DNA of 64,000 nucleotides from an uncultured Pseudomonadota bacterium (GTDB lineage Bacteria; Pseudomonadota; Alphaproteobacteria; Rs-D84; CACZYB01): NCBI GenBank assembly GCA_902785275.1, contig CACZYB010000001.1, positions 1 to 64,000 of the forward strand, read 5' to 3'. Shown piece by piece: positions 39,160 to 46,939 of this stretch (position 1 is its first letter; each line of letters starts with the position of its first letter). The notes under the pieces were generated by a model. It saw only the letters and a program-made list of their open reading frames with translations, ran no database searches and was not told where the DNA came from. The position numbers and the translations under genes were made by a program.

Positions 39160-40632
39160 TTAACCTTCTGTTTTTCCATCATAAAAATTATCAAATTTAA
39201 AGTATTCACCAACAAAGGCAACCTTCACATCACCGGTTGGTCCGTGACGTTGCTTTGCAATTAAAATTTCAGCCATATTTTCGATTTGTTCAGCACGTTT
39301 TTGCCAAGCAATATATTCCTGACTTGTAACATCTGCATCAACAGGACGTTTCTTATTATGATAATAAGACTCACGATACACAAACATAACACAGTCGGCA
39401 TCCTGTTCAATAGAACCAGATTCACGAAGATCGGCAAGTTGTGGTCGTTTATCATCACGTTGTTCAACAAGTCGAGAAAGCTGTGATAATGCGATAACAG
39501 GCACATCCAATTCTTTCGCTAAAATCTTAAGACCACGGGTGATTTCAGAAATTTCCTGAACACGATTATCAGACTTTCTTCCACCCGGAGAATTCAAAAG
39601 CTGAACGTAATCGATAACAATTAATGAAAGTCCACCATATTGACGTTTTATACGTCTTGCTCTAGTCCTTATTGCTGGAACAGTAATATCAGGTGTATCA
39701 TCAATAAACAAAGGTAAATCCTTTAACGCACGTTGATGTTCAACAAGTCGATTGAATTCATCTTCGTTTATGGAACCGTTACGAATTTTATTACCATTAA
39801 CTTCTGCAGAAAAAGAAAGTATACGAGAAGCCAACTGATCCGCCGACATTTCAAGTGAGAAGAAAATTACTGGACCTTGAAGCTTTTCTGGACCACGATG
39901 ATTTAAAACTTCGTTTGCAACATTAAACGCAACATTAAGAGCGAATGCAGTCTTTCCCATACCAGGACGTCCCGCAATAATAAGCAAGTCTGATGGGTGA
40001 AGACCACCAATTTGTTTATCCAAAGTGTTAATCCCTGTTGAAATACCAGAAATAGAACCATCAGCCCTATATGCTTCCTCAATAGTTTGCATAGAATCAC
40101 GCAAAGTCATTTCCAATGATGCAGGACCATTTTCAACGTCACCAACAGTTGCAAGATTATAAAGTTGAGATTCCGCACGTTCAATTTGATCAGTAGCAGG
40201 AACATCTTCACCATTTGAACCACCGAAAGCATTATTCACAATGCCGGTACCAATCTCAATCAAATTTCTTTTTACGGCACATTCATAAACAAGTCTGCCA
40301 TAATCATATGCATTTACATAAGGTACAGCAGAACTTGCAAGCTGACTTAAATACTCAACACCACCAGCCATATCAAGAGTACCGTTGTTTTCCAAATAAT
40401 TTTTAAGAGTAATAATATCAGCCAAATGCCCCTTTTCAATAAGGCGTAAGCATGCTTCATAAATCTTTTGATGCATAACTTCAACGAAATGTTCAGGTCT
40501 TAAAAACTCAGAAACCTTTTCCAAAGCCTTATTATTTGTAATAATAGCAGATAGTACAGCCTGTTCTGCTTCAACACTTGCAGGAGGTTTACGAAGAAAA
40601 TCTCCACTAATATTTTTTGCTGCTCTTTCCAA
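39160..40632 (-). CDS. dnaB: Replicative DNA helicase
   Basis: PP.S.EAEQAVL, AGRPGMGKT, FSLEMS, IDYVQL, LSQLSR, DLRESGSIEQDAD, KQRHGPTG. TTG start with GGAG SD. Confidence 0.97.
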   Translation of the reverse strand: MERAAKNISGDFLRKPPASVEAEQAVLSAIITNNKALEKVSEFLRPEHFVEVMHQKIYEACLRLIEKGHLADIITLKNYLENNGTLDMAGGVEYLSQLASSAVPYVNAYDYGRLVYECAVKRNLIEIGTGIVNNAFGGSNGEDVPATDQIERAESQLYNLATVGDVENGPASLEMTLRDSMQTIEEAYRADGSISGISTGINTLDKQIGGLHPSDLLIIAGRPGMGKTAFALNVAFNVANEVLNHRGPEKLQGPVIFFSLEMSADQLASRILSFSAEVNGNKIRNGSINEDEFNRLVEHQRALKDLPLFIDDTPDITVPAIRTRARRIKRQYGGLSLIVIDYVQLLNSPGGRKSDNRVQEISEITRGLKILAKELDVPVIALSQLSRLVEQRDDKRPQLADLRESGSIEQDADCVMFVYRESYYHNKKRPVDADVTSQEYIAWQKRAEQIENMAEILIAKQRHGPTGDVKVAFVGEYFKFDNFYDGKTEG

Positions 40633-40728
40633 TTAAAAAACTCCAAAATTTTTCATTTATGTGTAAATATTACTCTAAGCTATATAAAAAAGCAAGAAAC
40701 AATTCCAGCTTAAATTCTTTAATATTTT

Positions 40729-41313
40729 TTACATCATTTTTACTAAATAAACAGCTATAAAAAGAAGTACAAAAGCTATTATGGTTAAAATTTCAAGATT
40801 TTTTTCAATAAAAGCTCTTGACTTTTCGCCATATTTTCTAAGTAAAAATGCAATAAAATAGTACCTTAATGCCCTTGAAACAGCAGATGCAATAATAAAT
40901 ACAGGTATATTCATCCCAACAACACCACTTGCGATACAGATAACCTTATATGGAAAAGGTGTAAGTCCGCCGGCAAAAACAATCCAATATCCCCATTTTG
41001 TGTAAAGACCTTTGAATTGTTCAAACATGTCCTCATAATGTAAAAGTTGAATAATCTTTATTCCAATGGTATCAAACAAAAACGCACCAACATAATATCC
41101 AGCAAGTCCACCTAAAACACTTGCACAAAGGGCAAAGGTTGAAATACCCCATGCCTTCTTTGGTCTAGCCAAAATCATAGGAATCATAATAATTTCTGTT
41201 GGAAATGGGAAAAAGATACTTCCCAAAAATGAAACCAAAAAAAGAACAGCTAAAGCATACTTTGTTTCACTTAAATTTAGGACATAATCATAAGTTTTTC
41301 TAAGAATTTTCAA
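40729..41313 (-). CDS. DedA/YqaA family membrane protein
   Basis: S.FFPFP, SVLGG..GY, GLTPFPYKV..IASG, SR.LRY. Confidence 0.9.
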   Translation of the reverse strand: MKILRKTYDYVLNLSETKYALAVLFLVSFLGSIFFPFPTEIIMIPMILARPKKAWGISTFALCASVLGGLAGYYVGAFLFDTIGIKIIQLLHYEDMFEQFKGLYTKWGYWIVFAGGLTPFPYKVICIASGVVGMNIPVFIIASAVSRALRYYFIAFLLRKYGEKSRAFIEKNLEILTIIAFVLLFIAVYLVKMM

Positions 41314-41438
41314 TTAATCCTCCGTTTTTTATATAGGCAAATATTACTATAAAAAAACACTAAGTCAATTAAAAAACTCTTGCATATAAAAAAGCTATCT
41401 TGTAATCTTATATTGTACATTTACTTTAGGAGGTAAAA

Positions 41439-41621
41439 TTGAGAAAAATTTTTGCATTATCTTTACTTATTATAGTTTCAGGTTGTGGGGGGACAATGTA
41501 TGAGCCAGATCCTGTTGGTGTTGGCTATGATGCAAACGAATTGAAAATGTCACCTTGTGCTTGTATACAGGTTGAAACAAAGCCGGGGTTGCCTGAATGG
41601 TTTATAGAAACAACAATTTAA
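41439..41621 (+). CDS. Small lipoprotein, putative VirB7-like T4SS outer-membrane subunit
   Basis: GGAGG SD, TTG start, VSG-C lipobox, 60 aa, K.SPCAC motif. Directly upstream of and overlapping a VirB8-like gene. Confidence 0.55.
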   Translation: MRKIFALSLLIIVSGCGGTMYEPDPVGVGYDANELKMSPCACIQVETKPGLPEWFIETTI

Positions 41622-42460
41622 AAGATAATACCAAAGTAAACGAAGGCGAAATTCCTGTATACCCATTCTTTGTTGATGTTCCTTCTTTTCCAGAAAGAAA
41701 ATATCTTGTAGGGGTATATAGATTCGCAAGGATGTCTTATATTGCTCTTTTTGTTGCAATACTATTATGCTTATTTATCGTTTTTCGTGCTTTTTCCCGT
41801 AAGATTTCTCCTCGTTTTGTAAAGTGGAATAATGTTGAAAATCAATATGAGTATGTTCCATTTTCCTATTCTTTGAAACCAAAATTCGCACTAAAGGAAA
41901 TTTCTTACTCTGAATACCTAAACCAATATTTTATAAGAAATTATATTGAAAAAAGATTTTCTGTTTTTGATACTGTTCAAAACTATAATAATTGGTGTGA
42001 TTGTAAGGAAAAAACAAAATCAAAAATGGGAGTGTTTAATGTTAACGAAGAATGCTATCTTTGCAAATATTCTTCTTCATCTGTGTATAAATTTTTTGTT
42101 GATAATGTGCAAAATGCTTACACCACTATGTCCGAAGATGGAATTTCAAGGAGTGTTAATTTATTAAATATAGAATTCAAAAGTGGTAGTGAAACAAATC
42201 CAGAGCTTTCTGTAATAGAGTGGATTTTGAATAAAACAAAACCAATAATAATTCGCCAAACATACCGTATTGATTTTGTTGTAAATGAATATAAAAACAA
42301 TACTATTAAATCAAGGGATGTTTTGATTGGATATATAACTATCAGTGGTCCAAAAACTTCTCCACAAAAACGAAGTGTTATTTCTGAAAGCTTTATGTTC
42401 AACCCTAATGCAGATTTATTATTAAAAGAATATTCGGAGGAAATAAATGCAATCAAATAA
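41597..42460 (+). CDS. Divergent VirB8-like T4SS inner-membrane protein
   Basis: Short cytoplasmic N-terminus, one TM, then I.P.FV and a VirB8-type helix (EYLNQYFIRNYIEKRF), ending in beta-rich segments. Confidence 0.55.
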   Translation: MVYRNNNLKDNTKVNEGEIPVYPFFVDVPSFPERKYLVGVYRFARMSYIALFVAILLCLFIVFRAFSRKISPRFVKWNNVENQYEYVPFSYSLKPKFALKEISYSEYLNQYFIRNYIEKRFSVFDTVQNYNNWCDCKEKTKSKMGVFNVNEECYLCKYSSSSVYKFFVDNVQNAYTTMSEDGISRSVNLLNIEFKSGSETNPELSVIEWILNKTKPIIIRQTYRIDFVVNEYKNNTIKSRDVLIGYITISGPKTSPQKRSVISESFMFNPNADLLLKEYSEEINAIK

Positions 42461-43157
42461 AAAAAATTTTTCCTTTATTCCTCTTTGGATTTTGATTATT
42501 GTATGTGCAATTTGTATAGTCGCATCTTTGTTTATATCTATATCATTATCCGATTCTCTTGATGAAAATAATTTTAAGATTGATGGTCTAAGTATTGCAA
42601 AATACGATTCTTCAAAAGATTCTTTTAAAATAACATCATTAAATAGAAATAATATTCCAAAGGAATTGCGTTCCGAATTTACCAAAAACTTTTTAAAGGA
42701 GTATGTTGTAAATCGTTATACCGTTTCTGGTAATGATGAAAATCTGCAACAAAATATTGGGTATAAATCACCAAAAACTCTTAATGGTGGCCTTATGTTA
42801 AAACTTCCAAGCATAAAAAGTTTTTCCAATGGCGAAATTATTGGAACAAATGCATACGATGACTTTTTAAAAAATGATTTACCTGAAATACAGGAACTTT
42901 TGAAAAGTAATGTGACTCGTTCGGTTAAAATATTAACATCTCCACGAAAAATTGATGATTGGTGGACACTTAATGTAGAGTTTATTTATCGAAATCCAAC
43001 CACATATTCTTTGGATATTGCAAAAAAAGAAAAGTATGAAATAAAGCTTAATATAGAGAACAAAGGTATCCGAAACACTGAGAATTTAGCGAAAAACTAC
43101 CCAGCCGGAAGCTTTTTGGAAATATATGTAATTGATATTCAAAAAATAAAACTTTAA
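42447..43157 (+). CDS. Second divergent VirB8-like protein
   Basis: One TM, helix EFTKNFLKEYVVNRY, RSVKI...W.L.VEF, C-terminal ..N.P.G..L.IYV as in NTF2-like VirB8. Confidence 0.55.
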   Translation: MQSNKKNFSFIPLWILIIVCAICIVASLFISISLSDSLDENNFKIDGLSIAKYDSSKDSFKITSLNRNNIPKELRSEFTKNFLKEYVVNRYTVSGNDENLQQNIGYKSPKTLNGGLMLKLPSIKSFSNGEIIGTNAYDDFLKNDLPEIQELLKSNVTRSVKILTSPRKIDDWWTLNVEFIYRNPTTYSLDIAKKEKYEIKLNIENKGIRNTENLAKNYPAGSFLEIYVIDIQKIKL

Positions 43158-43164
43158 AAATAGC

Positions 43165-43193
43165 TTGAAATTTTGAATAAAAGCATATAGAAT
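43165..43193 (+). promoter_or_regulatory. Sigma70-type promoter of tRNA-Lys
   Basis: TTGAAA-N17-TAGAAT. Confidence 0.6.
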
Positions 43194-43208
43194 TGTAACA
43201 TCTCTTTT

Positions 43209-43284
43209 GGGTGATTAGCTCAGTTGGTAGAGCAACTGACTCTTAATCAGTAGGTCGGGGGTTCGGATCCCCCATCACCCACCA
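43209..43284 (+). tRNA. tRNA-Lys(CTT)
   Basis: Cloverleaf: acceptor GGGTGAT/ATCACCC, anticodon arm ACTGA-CTCTTAA-TCAGT, T arm GGGGG-TTCGGAT-CCCCC, encoded CCA. Confidence 0.95.
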
Positions 43285-43292
43285 AGTTCAAT

Positions 43293-43317
43293 AGCCGTCC
43301 TTGTGGACGGTTTTTTT
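43293..43317 (+). terminator. Intrinsic terminator after tRNA-Lys
   Basis: AGCCGTCC-TTGT-GGACGG-TTTTTTT. Confidence 0.85.
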
Positions 43318-43389
43318 CTTGAAAACATTCCATATAAAAAATACAATCATAAAAGAAGAATATTTGATAACAATATAAGACAAATAAAA

Positions 43390-43905
43390 ATGAGAACATA
43401 TTTTAAAAAATTTTTAATAGTATTTTTTCTATTTTTGGTAATTAATATAGTGGTAAAAGCAGAAGATAATATAAAAGAATATCATTATATATGGGCTGAA
43501 AATCAAAATATTTTTAATAAAGATTGTAAGCAATGTAATGATTCAAATAATATTTATTATTTGGGCAAATTAGTTGTTGATGAAGATAAAAAAGATGTAA
43601 AATTTTTTATGGTTAATGATTTTCATAAAAATTATATAGAAAGAAAAATACAAAATGCTGTTTTATTTGTAAATGATTCAATTAAAAAAAATAAGATAGA
43701 AAATATAAATGATATTTATACATTTTTTGAATCATATCCATTTATAAAATATTACATTTATGAAATTCCTAATGAAAAAGGAAATATTTATTTTAAATCA
43801 AATATTAAAGTATTGGAAAAAGATAAGTTAGAAAGATATTTTTATAATACTCAATGTAGAGCGTGCCGTTTTAGAATCAATGTTAAAGAAAATAGTAATA
43901 GTTAA
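43390..43905 (+). CDS. Hypothetical exported protein (AT-rich islet gene 1; candidate immunity protein)
   Basis: ATG 43390, signal peptide ending VKA, two CxxC motifs. Confidence 0.65.
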   Translation: MRTYFKKFLIVFFLFLVINIVVKAEDNIKEYHYIWAENQNIFNKDCKQCNDSNNIYYLGKLVVDEDKKDVKFFMVNDFHKNYIERKIQNAVLFVNDSIKKNKIENINDIYTFFESYPFIKYYIYEIPNEKGNIYFKSNIKVLEKDKLERYFYNTQCRACRFRINVKENSNS

Positions 43906-43907
43906 AT

Positions 43908-44030
43908 ATGTTATTTCATACACGTGATTTTAAAGGTAATATAATACCTGGGTTAGTCGATAGAGGAAAATAAGAACTCAACATATATAATGGAGATAAA
44001 TATGAAATTAAAAAAATTAAAGAAAAATAA
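43908..44030 (+). pseudogene. Relic C-terminus of a GH24 (phage-type) lysozyme/muramidase
   Basis: Translates MLFHTRDFKGNIIPGLVDRGK*ELNIYNGDKYEIKKIKEK*. This matches the GH24 terminal signature G-x-x-(L/I)-P-G-L-V-x-R-R-x-x-E-x-x-(L/I)-(F/Y), with an in-frame stop, and overlaps the next gene's start. Confidence 0.55.
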
Positions 44031-44478
44031 ATTGGTTATAATTCTTACTTTGATATTATGTAGTTGTACTCCTTTGGTATTTGCACAGCAACGTGTTGAT
44101 ATATCCAAAAGATATAAAATTTCAGATGTTAGATTTTCAAATTGTACTGTATGTACTGATTGTAATCAACATAAGGTAATTATTGGAAAATCTATTGAAT
44201 TCTCAGACAAAAAATTTATTCACAATATTATAGATAGTAAATATTCAATACAAAGTGAAAGTATTAACAATCCAATATATGTAAAATATAGCAATAAACA
44301 ATTATTTCAATGGCCAGAATATTTAAAAGAATTATATAATAAAGATTTAGGTGATTTATATATAGTATATGATGATTTAGATTTTACAGAATTTAATATT
44401 TCTGCTATATTTTATGATTTAGAGGGAATAACCCCTACAGAATACGCATCTAGTTGTTTGTATGATATGGAGAAATAA
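44002..44478 (+). CDS. Hypothetical exported protein or lipoprotein (islet gene 2; candidate muramidase immunity protein)
   Basis: GGAG SD before ATG 44002, basic N-terminus plus hydrophobic core, LCS-C lipobox or VFA cleavage site, CxxCxDC. Confidence 0.7.
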   Translation: MKLKKLKKNKLVIILTLILCSCTPLVFAQQRVDISKRYKISDVRFSNCTVCTDCNQHKVIIGKSIEFSDKKFIHNIIDSKYSIQSESINNPIYVKYSNKQLFQWPEYLKELYNKDLGDLYIVYDDLDFTEFNISAIFYDLEGITPTEYASSCLYDMEK

Positions 44479-44523
44479 GTGGATACAACAACAATTTTTA
44501 AAAGCAACTAAAGGAGATTAAAA

Positions 44524-45066
44524 ATGAAAGTAATAATAAATATTTTTTTTATGTGCATTATATCATCATGTATATGTGCCAAACAGCCATTATCTATACA
44601 AATTGATAACAAAGATGAATATGAACGTTTTTATGGTTCATCATATTCTTCAAAAATAAAATTTGATCTAGAAGATTATATTGGTGCTTGGAGAGATTCA
44701 ATTGGGAGACATGATGATTTTAAATTAAATAAAGATTTATCAATAGAACTAGATTGGATAAAAGGAAAATGTGAAAAAGCAGAGCAGTATAATAACATAT
44801 TATTATTAAAATGTTTTGGTAAATTTGGAATTTTAAAAGATGATGTTAATCAGTATGTAAAAATACAATTATTTTATTATCCAGATGAGGTATTTGATAT
44901 TAATCATAAACTTTCACAAAAAATTAATATTAGCATGGATTATGATAAAGAATGTGCTTTATCTAACTATGGTGAAAATAAAGAAAAATGTGAATCGCCT
45001 AATCTTAGTTATGATATGTATTATAAAATAAAAGATGATGAATACAGAGATTATACAGAAGATTAA
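44524..45066 (+). CDS. Hypothetical lipoprotein (islet gene 3; candidate immunity protein)
   Basis: AAGGAG SD, ISS-C lipobox, four further Cys in the mature domain. Confidence 0.7.
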   Translation: MKVIINIFFMCIISSCICAKQPLSIQIDNKDEYERFYGSSYSSKIKFDLEDYIGAWRDSIGRHDDFKLNKDLSIELDWIKGKCEKAEQYNNILLLKCFGKFGILKDDVNQYVKIQLFYYPDEVFDINHKLSQKINISMDYDKECALSNYGENKEKCESPNLSYDMYYKIKDDEYRDYTED

Positions 45067-45304
45067 TTTAAATAAAGATTTCTTTTAAAGAATGATTAAA
45101 CTTTTAACCTTTTGATTTTTTAGTAAATAGATGATTTTTTATGGTTGTTTTCGGTTATCCGAAATAGATTAGAAACCTGTAGAATAGCAAAAAGACTGAC
45201 TTTTAGAAAAGTTAGAAAAATAGCGTTAAAACCATACAAATATTCTTACTTCAAAACTTTTTCCCATCAAGTTGCGAGTTCGGAATTACAACTTAACAAA
45301 TTTT

Positions 45305-45721
45305 CTACATTGCTCTTTGTTGCATTTGTTCAATAAGTCTTATTTCAAAAGGAGTAAGTACTTTTTGCTTTTGCTTAAGTAAAAGGTCATCTCTTTCCTT
45401 TTGAATTTGTATTTCGTCATTTGCAAGTTTCGATGTAATTTTAAGTTGAAGCATAAGTTGCTTTATTTTTAAAGACAAAGATTTTTCCTTTTCTGGAAAG
45501 TTTCTTTTTTCCTTTCTTAAATCCAAAATTTTTTGAATTATTCTTTTCATATTCAAAAGAATTATGGCAAGTTTTGATTTTTTCCAATTTTGATTACCTT
45601 CTTTTATAGAAACTTCTTCCATATCAGAAAGTTTCTGCTCTACATCACTAAGCATTTTGCCAAGCATAACATCAACAAAAGATTTTTTGGAATTTGTTTT
45701 ATCGAATTTAACGTATCTCAT
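45305..45721 (-). CDS. Hypothetical basic coiled-coil protein
   Basis: GGAGG SD, 138 aa ORF. Confidence 0.65.
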   Translation of the reverse strand: MRYVKFDKTNSKKSFVDVMLGKMLSDVEQKLSDMEEVSIKEGNQNWKKSKLAIILLNMKRIIQKILDLRKEKRNFPEKEKSLSLKIKQLMLQLKITSKLANDEIQIQKERDDLLLKQKQKVLTPFEIRLIEQMQQRAM

Positions 45722-45859
45722 AATAACACCTCCATGATAAGTTGTTATTACAATAGAATCTTATATTAAAATTATTAAATTGTCAATGGGGATAAAAATT
45801 TTCCCCAAAAATCTTAAAAAAAAACAACAATGTTGATTATTAAATAATTAAGAAAAATT

Positions 45860-45946
45860 TGGTAGGAACGGAGAGAATCGAACTCTCAAGGTCTTGCAAC
45901 CAGCGGATTTTGAGTCCGCCGCGTCTACCAATTCCGCCACATTCCC
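45860..45946 (-). tRNA. tRNA-Leu(CAA)
   Basis: Reverse complement GGGAATGTGGCGGAATTGGTAGACGC-GGCGGACTCAAAATCCGC, long variable arm, GAGAGTTCGATTCTCTC-CGTTCCTACCA. Confidence 0.95.
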
Positions 45947-45952
45947 ACAAAA

Positions 45953-46039
45953 TGGTGGGAAGACCAGGATTCGAACCTAGGTAGACATAATGTCGACAGA
46001 TTTACAGTCTGTTGCTTTTGACCGCTCAGCCATCTTCCC
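45953..46039 (-). tRNA. tRNA-Tyr(GTA)
   Basis: Reverse complement GGGAAGATGGCTGAGCGGTCAAAAGC-AACAGACTGTAAATCTGT, long variable arm, CTAGGTTCGAATCCTGG-TCTTCCCACCA. Confidence 0.95.
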
Positions 46040-46085
46040 AATACCGATAAATCATACATTATTTTAATAAAAAGTCAATAAGTTA

Positions 46086-46114
46086 TTTACAAATATCTAA
46101 AAATATACTATAAT
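46086..46114 (+). promoter_or_regulatory. Sigma70-type promoter
   Basis: TTTACA-N17-TATAAT, upstream of the small ORF at 46138 and the gene at 46235. Confidence 0.6.
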
Positions 46115-46234
46115 ATGGACAATAAGAGGGGAAAATTGTGAATAAAAGTCTGTTTTTTAACATCTTTAGTGTTTTCTTCTTTTTGTACTTTGGTTTACAC
46201 CCAAGGACATAATTTTTTCAAAGGGGGGATTAAT

Positions 46235-46867
46235 ATGAAAAAAGTATTATTATTTGTTTCTGTTTTGTTATCTTTGTCTGGTATGGTAAAGGCATCTTCT
46301 GTTCAGGAATTAACTGGATACGCTTGCGGTAAATGTGTAATGAAACTTCCTGAAAATTTAGTTGCTTATAAATATGTAATTTCTTCAGAGTCACTTTACA
46401 ACGAAGAAGGAAAATATATTGGATTTGTTAATATAGAAGAAGCTTTAAAAAATGCCGGAATTAAAAATTTTAAAATTGATTATGGTAATGCTTCAGAATC
46501 AGAAGTTTACTTTGATGTTATAACAGACAGTCCACTAAAAAAAATAATTCCTGCTATTATATCAGGAGTTGCAGGCCTTTCTAAATTAGAAGGTACAGAA
46601 ATTGATGGAATCCCAACACGAGTTTTAACTGATTGCCAACAAAAGGCATACAATATGGCTTTGGATGAACTTACCGGCGCTCTTTATGTTGATGGATATG
46701 ATATTTCTATTGATAAAAAGACAACACCTGTTTACAGAGAAGATTTGAAAAGTGCTGAACTTTCTATTTGTTTAAAAAGTGAAAAATCAAAGGATGATGT
46801 AGATACAGAAAATTCTGAAAATACTGAAAATGCGGACACATCAGATACTTCAGAAACGGAAGAATAA
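46235..46867 (+). CDS. Hypothetical exported protein with an acidic tail
   Basis: GGGGGG SD, MKKVLLFVSVLLSLSGMVKA signal peptide, CGKC, Asp/Glu/Ser/Thr tail. Confidence 0.75.
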   Translation: MKKVLLFVSVLLSLSGMVKASSVQELTGYACGKCVMKLPENLVAYKYVISSESLYNEEGKYIGFVNIEEALKNAGIKNFKIDYGNASESEVYFDVITDSPLKKIIPAIISGVAGLSKLEGTEIDGIPTRVLTDCQQKAYNMALDELTGALYVDGYDISIDKKTTPVYREDLKSAELSICLKSEKSKDDVDTENSENTENADTSDTSETEE

Positions 46868-46885
46868 AAGAATTATTTCTTTTAA

Positions 46886-46939
46886 TTGACACTAATGAAA
46901 AAAAATATTATCCTACCCTGTAAAAGGTAGGATTTTTTT
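46886..46939 (+). promoter_or_regulatory. radA promoter overlapping a terminator hairpin
   Basis: TTGACA-N17-TATCCT. Inverted repeat ATCCTACC/GGTAGGAT plus a T-run ending at the radA ATG. Confidence 0.55.

Noticed and set aside
45145-45336. 63-aa ORF and short palindromes (TTTCGG-TTAT-CCGAAA) as an IS or integrase remnant
   Set aside because: No SD, and no recognisable transposase or recombinase motif or paired terminal repeats.
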